Of a stretch of DNA of 64,000 nt, positions 1-12,009 are shown piece by piece. The stretch's first letter is position 1. Each line of letters begins with the position of its first letter. The stretch is taken from assembly GCF_964204645.1 (NCBI RefSeq), contig NC_134036.1, positions 9,713,859 through 9,777,858 of the forward strand. The letters are read 5' to 3'. The DNA is from Tubulanus polymorphus. Lineage: Eukaryota > Animalia > Nemertea. A program made the position numbers and the translations under genes. Under the pieces are notes generated by a model. The model was not told the origin of the DNA and did no database searches. It saw only the letters and a program-made list of their open reading frames with translations.

Positions 1-643
1 TCCTACCGGCCACAGTTAGGTTTTGCACTGCGCATGTTCTGAATATACCGAAAGTAAACAAACCGTGACGTGCGCGGAAGTAAAGCACATGGCTAGTCAA
101 AAGTCAATTACAGTGTCAATAGGTATACGTTATTCTGCGATGATAAAATCGAAATTTTAAAGTTAAAATCTAAAAAGATTTCCGATCCGTTTCCTTCTAT
201 GACAGGTTGTAAATAATGAGACAAAAATTTTGATTTCCAATCAAAATTTAGAATTATCTTTCGGTTTAAAGTATGAGGTAGATAACCACATGGTACCATC
301 GATAGCAATATTTGCATTCCTCCTAGAAAAGAAATAACAGAACTGTATATTGATATTGATTAATGTTCATTTATATATGGGTGCTTCTGTCTTAACAATC
401 AAAGCACAAAACATGACTTTGACCCTCCCTGCAATTACTAGCCATAATTCCCTTGGTACATTGTATATTCTTTTGGTCTTTTTAATTTATCTCACCTAAA
501 TCTATTCAATTTATACTTACCCAATCAGAAGACTTGCCATTTTCATTTCCACAGACATTGCATATGTTACTTATATCATCTAGGATAAAAGGAGAAAGAT
601 AGCCAATCAGTTTGTGTAAGCCTATACAGCATTAGTTTTTTTC

Positions 644-1684
644 TTAGCAATTTGTGAGTTTTAACAATGAAGATTATTCTTATTAAGGTCAGCTTAGCCA
701 GCTAATCTTCAAGTTGCCCATTGTTCATATGAGATTGAATCTCTATCATTTAGCGTTGTTTTGTCTACGTAGCTTCCGGCAGCGTTGTTCAACTAATTGC
801 AAAATTTGCTATCCAATTTCTATGGACATATAAATGGATGGGGGTATGAAATAAGTAATTTCCACTGGTGGTAAAAGCATGGGACGATTTACGCTGTGAC
901 TCCACTGGAATTCTACGTTTAAGTCATGTAAATATGTAAGTGATATTTTGGACTATGGCGCAGTGCTTTTTTGTTTCGCAAATCGTCAAAGTTACGTCAC
1001 ACTAGAGCCACGGCTATGTCGATGAACTGCCTTGATGCCCCAGCATAAGCAATGGATGTTTTCGATGAGAAATAGCCTCAACATATTCTGTTTGACTACA
1101 TCCTTCCACGCCTATCATTAACTGTCCAGACACTCGATCTATGTATGAGGCCGATAAATTTCTGAACTATACCATCCAACCTTGCTCAAACATCTTCCAA
1201 GGAAACTAAACGCAACTTGCATTTTTGGAGGTTGAACCAAATTTTGCCGCGCAACACCCGTCCTGAAAGTTTTCCTTAGTAGCGGTTGACAAATATTAGA
1301 TAAAAATTATAACAGTGACTGTACCGACCTGCTAACCATTATGGTTTTTTCCGGTGAATGGTTACGTATATTAAAGTAAAATTGCGGTGTTACGTTTTTC
1401 CAGAAATGCTACCTATTTGATTTAAATTCTAAATCCGAGAAATCTTTTTCCATAAGGTAATAAATATCATTTTTACACAAATAGAGATCGTCGTATTGTT
1501 CATTTACTTGCTTTTGCCGTAAATCACGCCATAATAAATTGTTAACGATCTTTGGTGGAACACTGACTACTTTGTGACCCGCTTTTGTAAAGTACCACTA
1601 GCTACAGCTATCTATGTATAACCTATAATGGCGTCTGGTATGGATAATTCTGTCATGTCTGGTGCCGAGTTCTCTTCAGATCCA
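644..1684. repeat. ~1.04-kb dispersed direct repeat, copy 1 (copy 2 at 45841-46882); contains a decayed Chapaev-type transposase fragment on the minus strand
   Basis: Near-identical from TTAGCAATTTGTGAG to TCTTCAGATCCA in both copies. The minus strand of ~700-1060 reads MLGHQGSSST*PWL*C, SHSVNRPML and KTTLNDRD, matching MMGHQGSTASYPCLKC, SHSISGPML and STLGNRDP of the 59309 ORF. Confidence 0.85.
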
Positions 1685-4567
1685 TCATCTCAATCTGAGC
1701 TTAGTGACGCACATGATTCTGAACTTGGGACGGAAGGTCCCATCCGAAAAAAAAAACATTTGATTTTGATAGATGAATAAGATTTTGGTGTATAGTATAG
1801 TAGGAAACTACTTATTTTTCATGAAAATTTCCAGTTGAAAGGTTGGTTCCTTAGAAATTTCTGAAAATACTTAAAACATAAGTAGCGCAGTTTTCGTAAC
1901 TCTGCTGTGCCCGGGCGTTCGCTAGACGGGTCTGCCTAGGCCAACCGCACTCGGGTAGTTAAATCGGCGAAGAGACACCTGTCTTCCCAGGAAAATTAAT
2001 AGTTTCAAAATATATAAAGTTTGTTCGTCTTATGTGAAAAATATCGTTAAAAACACTTTCGCAGTATGCTCTCCTCCAACAGTCGCCTCCCTACTCCACG
2101 TAGCCTTAATCTGTGTGGCCAATGCATACCCCCAACCCGCTCTCCTCTATGGGCTTCCCTCTAACGAACATCTCGGTGTTGATTACTCGGCGGATATTGC
2201 TAGCCCCATTCCAATTTCCCTCTGCCACCATAGTGCTGTCCCCAGTCATCTCAGGAGCTAATTGTGACTCATGCCAGATCAGTCAAACTAGCCATATGCG
2301 TAAGTGTTGTTGGTAGCGGAGGTCAGATCCTGATATCTAATTAGATGTTCATGCAGCAGAAAAACAACGGAAATCCTCGTTCTATCAGTGCCAGCAAATC
2401 GAATAAACGCAAGTCTTGAAGTTTGATTTGAATGTTAAATGGTCTCCTGCATTCTATCTGTATTTCACTATCAGAAATCTCGTCACTTCAAGTCCCAGAA
2501 TATTTACAAGTATATTCATACGACCCGAGCCGGATCATCTTCTGACATGTCGTGCCAAAGAGACGACCAAACGCCGAGTAGGTGAGATTGTGTCTTTACT
2601 AAGGTCGACATTAATAGACGAGCATTGACCATAAAGAAGCGAGAGCTAGGATGGACGCGCGACTAAGAAATCTACGACAGAGTGTCAAGTAGTTAACTAC
2701 GAGCGTTGCGATTAATCAACAGTTAAGAAATATACGACGGAGCATCAAATAGTTAATGATGAGTGTTGTCGTTACTCAACAAACGACGTGTATTGTCGAT
2801 ATTTTACGACGGCGCGCCAAATTGAAAATGTCGACGTAAACGTTCGGATACGAGACTGGTGACGTTTAGCAGGCGCAGCAACGGCTGCGTATTTGAAAGA
2901 TAGTTACAACTATTAAATATAGATGATTGCAATGGTCGGAAGAGATAAGAATATCTCGGCGTAGTTCTACGAAGATAGCACGGAAGATAAACTATTAAAA
3001 CGACGAGAGCGTTAGGATGACACCGCCAAAGGAGATTCGACAGACGACAAGGTCACCTAGGATGAACTTGTGAATAATTGGTAGTATTAACATGATTTAT
3101 TGCAGCGTTAAGGACGAGATTAACGAGACGAGGACGAGACGTATTCAGTTTGGTTTGATCCGTTTCAATGAGCTCTGCCAGTTTCGACCTTTGATCTGAA
3201 AAGACACTTACCTAATTACTCACAGCTTTCATAACCCGCGATCGGGTTTCCACGGACTTTTTGCTATACCACCATTCGCTTACGAAGATCCTCTTGAACT
3301 GTTCGGCTGATTTTACTCGGGCCTCATCCCTGCAACAGATTGAATCAACGATCTTTCCTGCAACGCAATGGTTAAGCAAATGGCCAACCCTATTCCCAAG
3401 ACATTCACATTCCCATGACAAGACGCCGCATTGTTCGATCAATTCTGTGATACCCGGTAGATATCATTTTTTTCTAAAGTCTTTGCCTCCTAGGCCTTGT
3501 TATTCCAGGGTTGCCAGGCGTTTAAATATGAGTGTCCGCTAGACACTGTCGTTTAACACTGTCATTAACACTGTCATTTTTCATCCCGTCGAATAGTTCG
3601 ACGATATCCTATCTTAAAACATCTTTTTTGTTTTCCGCCACATCGATGATGAAGAAAAAACGCTTTGCAATACTGGCACGGTATGTGGTCGAATGGATCG
3701 GTGTTGTCACCCGGCGGCTAACGATAAGGGTTCCTTCTCTAGTTTTAAAGACATTGATGTTGTGTTGGAAATTCCCTTCATTTCGTTGTAGTTTCCATTC
3801 CAATCTTCGAATTTTGATCCAATCGGTAATTCCATAGTACGCTTTACTTTCTCCTCATCCAAATGATTATTTTCCAGATGTCGAGAAATCTTAGTAGATG
3901 AATCGGGAGGGTATAAACAAAAATTCACTCTATCATATCGCTTGTTTTATTCGCTTTTGGCAGGTTCTAATACTTGGAGTTTCGCTATGAAAATACAATG
4001 AATGTAGAATTCAAAAATATTCGCAGTATCAAAGAGAAATAAGGTTACAATAAGGATGCGGTCTGTAAAAGGCGAAGTGCGATCGGGTCATCGCTGTGTA
4101 TAAAGAAACTCCGAAATCACCGGTACTTTCGCTATTCGTTTTCATGGGGGTTCAAAAAGTCCTGGTTATAGAATATACCATTTGAAGGTTTGGCGCATCG
4201 AAAGCTTAGTTTCCCAAAGATTATTTTTCTTTTTAATTGGTCGTGTTTTGCTCGATGAGACGCCTGTAGGACTAACGGCGTAGATACAATTCTCACAATT
4301 CTATGTATGCACTAATTCATGCATCCATGATCTTAACACCTGTATTTTCTCTACGTCTTGGCTATTAGCAAGCATAATAAAAACTGTGAAACAATTCGGT
4401 CAACAGTAAGGATTGAAAATGAGGTTGGCAATGGGATGTTGAATTCACATGTTTATTTGCAAGGTTCCGCAAGTACAGCGGTGGTGGTGTCCGCGGGAAC
4501 TGCGTGTCCGGTACGGGCGTTGAGGTTCGAGCAAGTAATGATAAATTCAAAGGTTCTTCGATACCTT

Positions 4568-4999
4568 CTAAGACGATTTCTGGAGAAATGTCGAAGCTGC
4601 AGCTGATTCCGGCAAAGGAATGTCTAAACAGTCGTAAAATGTCGGAATTACGATAGGCAGAGGAGGCGAATACGGCGGCGAAGGCGGCGGCGGAAGAAAT
4701 GGAAAATCCTCCAGGGATTGCGACGCTAACGATTCCATGGTCTCGTCCAGACCGACGTCACTGACGAAACTCGCGGTAGGGAGGCTCGGAAAAACCGTCC
4801 GAGGCACTCCCTCCGACACGCATGTACGAATCAATCCAATGTAGGTATTATTATTCTTCTTTACACGATCGCGATGTGACTTCGAAATATGGGTGATCAC
4901 CCGCGCCACTTTCGAGTTACTGAAACCACACATCAGGCACGAGAACATCGTGCCGGCCGGATAGGTCTTGCGGCCAAACAGTTTCCACGTACACGACAC
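4568..4999 (-). CDS. Putative C2H2 zinc-finger accessory ORF of a Gypsy-like relic
   Basis: CLMC-x12-HISKSH motif and a Pro-rich tail; lies downstream of an integrase GPF tail at ~5340-5460. Confidence 0.4.
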   Translation of the reverse strand: MSCTWKLFGRKTYPAGTMFSCLMCGFSNSKVARVITHISKSHRDRVKKNNNTYIGLIRTCVSEGVPRTVFPSLPTASFVSDVGLDETMESLASQSLEDFPFLPPPPSPPYSPPLPIVIPTFYDCLDIPLPESAAASTFLQKSS

Positions 5000-5339
5000 C
5001 TGATGACGCGACTTCCTTTAAGTGCTGCTCAGGCACAGACCACGGTCGTGGCATGTCCATTTGTTCCCGGGGTCCATATTTACTGAAAATGCATAGAAAA
5101 ATAGAAAACAAAGTTCATATATACCAATCAACTTCACCCACCATTGAACCCACAGGTCAGTGAGAATTCAAGATGGCATCTTAGCCAGAAAAAGGGTGAA
5201 GGATAGTTTTAAACCTCCTCAATGACGTCCCGAACGTGTTACTACAGGACCCGACGAATCATACACCGACTGGGTTAGGTCGGAATTTCTAGAATTACTC
5301 TCAGTCATATTCTCGTCTATGATTTCGGGAGGACAAACG

Positions 5340-5460
5340 TAAACAGCATGATACGGCTTGAGACGATCGAAATGAGCTGTCACACACTTTCCCTGAACGG
5401 ATAGTTTATAAACAACATCACTAACTATTTCAATGATGGAGAATGGACCTGTAGCGGTTA
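5340..5460 (-). pseudogene. Ty3/Gypsy integrase C-terminal GPY/F fragment
   Basis: Minus strand reads TGPFSIIEIVSDVVYKLSVQGKCVTAHFDRLKPY. Confidence 0.7.
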
Positions 5461-5871
5461 TGGTGTAAATATATGAAATAGTAATTCTTGTAGTGACTGC
5501 TGTTGTCCATAGGTAGCGTAGTCGTAAACATTCTGCTGTGCAGGGCGCTCGCTACACGGGTCCGCCTGGGTCGACCGCACTCGGGTAGTGAATACGGCAA
5601 GGAGACTTTTGTCTTCCCCAGGAAAGTAAATAATCGCGATCAGTGGCGGCACGATTGGAGGCGTCGCGATCGGTGGCAGCGCAATGTGAGGCGTCGCGAT
5701 CTGAGACGTCGCGATTGGTGCAGGATTACTTGGCTTCAGCCGAGCCATTGCCTTCCTGGCCTCGGTGTCGCGACGAAATTTCCAAACCTCCGTCGGTCTG
5801 TCGCGCAAGAATACTCGCGTCCAGCAGACGGGCCTCCACTGCGATGCGGTCACTTGCGACCATGCTTGCTT

Positions 5872-6276
5872 TCACGCGTGCCCGATGGGTCCGGTCGGCC
5901 TCACGACGCATCCGACGTCGTCAGTGCTCCCAGGAGATTCTGAAATCGTGAGAACAGGATCTCTGTCCCACTCCTCGGTGCGTTCGATCTTGCGCGGCGG
6001 TGAATTTTCGTCACTCTCAGAAATGCCCTCGTACCCTGGGTCGCGATTCGCTATTTTCACATAATACTTCCCGCGACGCGCAGAAAGTTTAGTGTGTGAT
6101 ACTCGGCCGCAGTCACGGCATTTGTAGCAGCGGCCTGTGACAGGCCGCCCCTTGCACCCATTGGAATGTGGTTCGATAGTTTCCGATCGAAAATGCTTGG
6201 AGCAGAAACGACATTTCTTCTTGATGCTCGACCTGTAATAATAAAGTGGCAAATTGATGTATAGATTGTTGGACAA
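5872..6276 (-). CDS. Cys/His-rich putative zinc-binding accessory ORF directly after a Gypsy integrase
   Basis: CRFC-x11-HSNGC and CRDC motifs; starts 3 nt after the integrase stop, same strand. Confidence 0.4.
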   Translation of the reverse strand: MSNNLYINLPLYYYRSSIKKKCRFCSKHFRSETIEPHSNGCKGRPVTGRCYKCRDCGRVSHTKLSARRGKYYVKIANRDPGYEGISESDENSPPRKIERTEEWDRDPVLTISESPGSTDDVGCVVRPTGPIGHA

Positions 6277-6279
6277 CGA

Positions 6280-6575
6280 TTAGAAAGCCCAATCGCCGAG
6301 CCTATCGGGCAAGCGGGTTCTTCGGCCAGATCTTGTTTTACTGGAAAGGCCCTCGGAGGAGATCGCACCTAGGGGCGAATCAGCGGCCACATAGGGCTTC
6401 AATCGATCGAAATGTATGTATTTGACATTGTGGTTTTCGAGATTTTCAACACGAAAGACCACGTCGTTGACTACGCGCGTGACCGTAAACGGACCAGTCC
6501 AAAGACAGGACAATTTCTTAGTCTGCCGGGCCGAAATGGCGGGCGTTTAGACCCAGTCTAAATCTCCGATATGGT
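6280..6575 (-). pseudogene. Ty3/Gypsy integrase C-terminus (GPY/F domain), truncated
   Basis: KKL..LWTGPFTVTRVVNDVVFRVENLENHNVKYIHFDRLKPY...RSGRRTRLPDRL. Confidence 0.8.
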
Positions 6576-6949
6576 ATTCAACACATGTATTATGTTTCTA
6601 CAGTACAAATCACGAATGAATATCAGTACTTGTCAGTACTTATCCTACCATGAAACTGATCAACAATAAATTGTGTACAGAATAAATCTGAGTGTCCACT
6701 CATACTATATTGCTCACTGAAACACGTTCTTCGTAGTTAATATATGGTTTACCAGTCAGGACATTTAGTCCCTCGAGCCGGATGTTTTACCAGCTAAACA
6801 GCTGTTATCTGTAATGCTTTCGTGTGGGTAAGCGAGAAGAAATTTGGTCGAATTCTACAACTTGAACAACTTATGTTTCCATTCACACGCATGATACTCA
6901 GTGAATGAAAACATTTTCTCGACTCGCTCTGATAAAATTAATCAAATTG

Positions 6950-9300
6950 AAAATGATTTTTCAGCCATTAAAGACGCTGGCGCTGACGGGATCTCTGTGA
7001 AAATAGTTCGTACAGTCTACCCCGCATAAGTCGTCATTGAACTAGTCGTGTCATCACATCCCTCGTATAACTATTTTGGTCCCGATTTTTTTCTTTGTAC
7101 CTTATAATATTATGCTTATCACTCATACTTTATTAATCGTATTTTCACGTTATACGATCTCTGCTGGAATCTGAGCGTAGTATATATTGTATTTTCAGGG
7201 GATATTTGCTGAATTCGTATAAAACCGCGATATATAGATAATTTGTAAAAATACGACTTACACATGACTCGTAGCTAAGTCGTAGAAAAATCCCCAGTCC
7301 CGAGGGCTACAACTTATGCGGGGTTGAGTGTATATTTCATTGTAGTTTGAAGTCAGGTATTTTATCTAGTGAACTGAAGGTTGTGCAGGTACGTTCACTT
7401 TACAAGGCAGGCAATAATGACTCTTCTGATAATAACAGACCGATATCTGTACTGCCTTGCTTTTCCAGAATTCTGGAAAATATCGTATATAATCGATTAA
7501 CGGAATATTGTAACACAGTTTCATAGTATTCAACCAATCCAGTTTGGCTTTTCAAAGGAACCATGGCCTTAACCTTGATAAGTGACGGAATTTCATAAAA
7601 TTTAGAAAGAAACAAGAAAATTAACTTTAATAAATTATTTGACGCCTGCGAAAAAATGTAGAATTTCTGGGATAAGCTAATGTGGAATTGCAAATTTGAA
7701 ATCGAAGTTTTAAGAAATTTGGGGAATTACGAGATTTGGCGATTGGGTAGATGATACAGTCTTCGACTGGTCTAATTTAAAAAAAATTGTCAACTTGTCA
7801 CCGACTTCGATTCACTTTTGCTCTAAGCTGGTCTGAAACTTCATTGCCTCCATGGTTGAAGAAAGAGCTCTTCTGATGTCTGCTTCATCATGACTTCGAG
7901 CATATCGTGTAGCCAGCAGCCCGGTCCCGGGGCCCGGTTTGGCTGTCACTCGGTATCTTAGACTTGAGTCTGGGTTGAAGTAGACATCGTCATTTAAATA
8001 ACTTATTCATGTTATTCCGTATGAATTACCCATGTGTCTTGTATTTTGTATTTTCTTATTCTAAAATTTGTAACTTTATTGAATTTGGGAATTTCATCCT
8101 GGTATTTCAATGTAATAAGGATCAATAAAGTATTAAATTGAATTGTCACCTTATACACATGCCATCAGTGGACGGGGAGCCGTATATGACAGCTATGCTA
8201 TTATAAATTGCTAATCTCATGAAACCTGCATACCCCTAATATCGAACATATTTTCTAAAACATTTGAATTTTATAATTATTTGTTTACACGTTTTTATGT
8301 AGACCGCTTGTAGCCGCCGATGAAATTCACGCCGGCCCTACTCAGATCGTAGATAGCTTTGTCATTCCACTAGCATCCCCATGTCAGGGTCTGCATTTTA
8401 TATCAGACTTCCAAATCGTGGATACATCCGCCATTTAACCGAATTATCCGATTTACTTATCATTTCTATTTATGCCTGCCGCTCCTGATATAATCATACA
8501 TACTTTACTATTACAATACGACTTATCTTGATATTCAATGCAATATAACATATCGACGTTCAAATAGAGGTCATTATATAATCACAGGGAGCCATTCTAC
8601 ATCTTTATCAATAATATTTTGCCAAATAGCTTGTATGTGTACACATAAACCTGTGACGTTTTGCACATCGATTTACGGTTGTCGTTTGTAAAATGACGCT
8701 GAATGGTTAACATTGTTTAGGTTTCATAATGGTTACGTTTTAAAAGGCGTCAAAAAATCAACTAATTAGGGTATTCCTAGATGTTTCAAAAGCATTTGAC
8801 ACCGTTGATCACGATATCATAGTAAGAAAATTATGTCTGTGTGGAATAAGAGGTGTCTCGAACAACTGGTTAGAAAACAATTATCTCAAATTTAAAATTA
8901 TAAATCTTCATTCGGAACTGTTAAAATCCGAGTTCCCAAAGGCTCAATTGTTGGTCCCTTGCTTTTTTGTTATACGTTAATAACTGAATTAAATTTTCTC
9001 GTGTGTTAAAACTATATTGTTTGCTGATGACGCAAGTGCATTTTTATAGTTACAACAATTTAGACAGATTAGTGTGTACTGTACATATTGAATTATCAAA
9101 ATTTTCACCTGGTTTCAAACAAACAAGTTGCCATTTAATGTATAGAAGACGTCATTTATGGTTTCCGGTAGATTATTGAAAAAAAAAATTTGAGAATAGT
9201 GGACAAGTCAATGTCACAAACTTTGTTGGAGTTCTTATTGGCAGATATCTAAACTGGGACGATCTAATAAAATTATATTAATATATTGATAACCCCAAAC
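6950..9300 (+). pseudogene. Fragmented CR1-group LINE reverse transcriptase
   Basis: AGADGIS (~6977), NRPISVLPCFSRILENIVYNRL (~7433), VFLDVSKAFDTVDHDI (~8771), VPKGSIVGPLLF (~8932) and LFADD (~9017), with stops, frameshifts and interruptions. Confidence 0.85.
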
Positions 9301-10760
9301 TAGGTACTTTTATCAACTAAATCGTCCACTCTGAATTATCAAAATCATTCGAAAATCATTGAAGCAGCCAAAATTTTCAAATCTACACTCATAATAGTCG
9401 GTGACGTCTAGATTTACACACACTTTCTCACAATAGCCAAAGAAGAACAATTTCTGTTAAATATCTGGAAAATTCAAAACTGTTTCTGAGAAATTCTAGA
9501 GAAAATAACTTTGCTCTTGATTACATTATACATTTATCCTCTAATTAAAACTCAAACTATAGTTATATTGAAAAAAATAACTTACATGTTTATCTATCTG
9601 TTTATTATGTGTGCAATTGTCTGTGTTGAGGGTTGACTGTGAGCGTGTTTTTTTGTTATCTTTCCCCTTTTTCTTTTCCACTTTTCTATTTTGAGGGACC
9701 TATTAATATAAACCCTTTCTTAGTTTCTACGGAGCCATTCGAGTCTAATTAACATATTTTGTATTACGCATTTGTGCACTATGCTGAATATTATATTTGA
9801 AAAATGGAGCGTTCATTCATCCTTTCCAGGTGCCACTTTTTATTCGTGTGCTGTATCTATTCCTGTTAAAGGGAAAATCACTTTGTCGATTACTAGCTTT
9901 ATATATAATCATTGTCTGAATGCAGAATGAAAGCAGTTCTGAGAAAATAGTTGAAGTATGTTCTGAAGGCTGCCCTCTCATTAAAAGGTTAAAAAAGCTT
10001 GGACCTGAAACTGGATACAATGCTTTTTAAAAAGCAGAGTTAACAAAACTTCATTTAATGGGATTAAATGATGTAACTGAATTTATTAAGTAAATTCCTA
10101 AAATTACGCCCAGTTAAGTCCGATATAAAACTAAAACGTACGGAAAGCCTCGCTTGCCCGTATGTTTGCGCAATCTGCGGTAAAACGGCAGCAACATTTC
10201 AGCTCGTAGAGTCCCTACGAAAGATTTCTACCGGTGTTGCTGTTCCACGCCGTAGTTTTAAGCAAAAAAAAACTGCGGGACGAATGCTCGTCCATGCAGC
10301 AGCGTGTCGCGTTCAGCGAAACGACGAGTATGTTCTCTTCTCCCCCCGATCATGTACCTATTCCCCTGGCTCGAATTTACGATAACAAGTCCAATGACTT
10401 GCTCTTTCTTCATTAGCATTATCACAAGCACCATGTGTGCAATGTTTGTTCGTTAGGTGCTTCACCGCACGTATGTATTCTTGCTAAGTGTACACTCGAA
10501 TGGCTGTCCGCCACTGTGGCTCCTGCTATGGTGAACCTAGCGACTTCTTTCTATGGAAGCCTTGCTGCACATTTCACTTGGAAAATTCTTGCTTGTCTAG
10601 TCCGTTGTAATGTTTCTTTCGTGTATTTTGAACAATTACCACGAAAACAATTATGTTCAAACTTATTCAGATTCATAACATACAACCGGGATACGTTCCG
10701 AGGGTTCATATCCATGCTCACTGCTTCTTGCTTCCGTGTCTCTGGAGGTCACGTCATCTC

Positions 10761-10771
10761 CACGGCTGTAC
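10761..10771. repeat. Chapaev-type terminus CACGGCTGTAC, probable 3' end of the decayed minus-strand copy
   Basis: Identical to the 11-bp TIR of the intact element at 57220/63988. The partner end was not found. Confidence 0.6.
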
Positions 10772-12009
10772 ACGCCGGCAATAATTCGTGACCTCGACCT
10801 CATTAAATATTCTGACGCGCACCGACTCAACGGCATTCACGCGTCTGCTGAGTCTCGCGCATCTGCGAGATTATTTCGAGAAATGTTTGTAAAGTTGATG
10901 AAACCCAACTCTGCATAGCTGTTTACTAAAACATAGATTAAATGTTTAGAAATATGAAGTGGTTTGAAAAAAAAAATTAACCCGTGTGAGATATAAATTG
11001 GTAATAATTTGATCATGTGACTTGGCGTAAAAACAACATGGCTCCCGTCGTCCTCATGATAACAGGGGATTACGACATGATTTTAAACATTCCCAATTGT
11101 TAAATAATCTGTTGGTGCTTTTATAATCACTCCTGGAAATAAAAGCATTTAGAAATTCGCTGGGTGATGTTAATTGAGAGGATTAATATGTTAAATTTGT
11201 AACATAAGTGGATTTTCGCCGCGCGACGACTACGGACTCGACTTATTTCTGGGTTCGGTTGAGCCAGGTTTCCTGGTTAGATCGGTGGATGAAGAGGGTT
11301 TTTATGGTTAGCCTTTCTTCTGTCAGTGTCTGTTTAGGCTCATGGGGTTCAGCGGAGTATTTGCAAGAGTTAAAAGAGTTGGCCAAAACGAAAAATCATG
11401 GAAAGGTAGGTAGGCTATTTTGAGTTTTCAGCCAATTGGCTAGGCTATTTGCACTAAATGTGTTATCCTACATACCTGAAATGGCATACAGCTTAAAATC
11501 CATCATCGAGTGAGTACTCTTTCCATTTTTAGGTCAGCGATTGATGAATAGGTACCTGCGGCCAGTACCGATGTCGATGATGCTCTCGGTAGGGGAATTT
11601 TCAGCAAATCTTGCCTGCGTACAATATTTTGAAGTTTAGAAACTAGGAGATGGTTTACAACAGAGAAACTGAATTAACTACCAGCAGTTGATCAGAAAAC
11701 GTGTATGTATTTCTTTTATTAAAATTATTGACTTAAGTATACAATTGGCATTTGTATTCTTTTAAAAAACACGCGCTAGAATGTGGGCTTTGATACTCGG
11801 AAATCAATTAGGCTTTAGCTTAAATAACATTTAGCAATGAAGTTGCTTGCTTTGATAAATAATTATACTCGTGATCCCTCTTCTCACGTCGAACGGCAAT
11901 AGGCCTAATTATCCTGTGTAGATCTGAGAAATATTTAATTATATACTCACAAGGTTAACGCCCACATTCAAGTGCGTATGATAAAGAGCAATATCATGGT
12001 ATTATTTCA

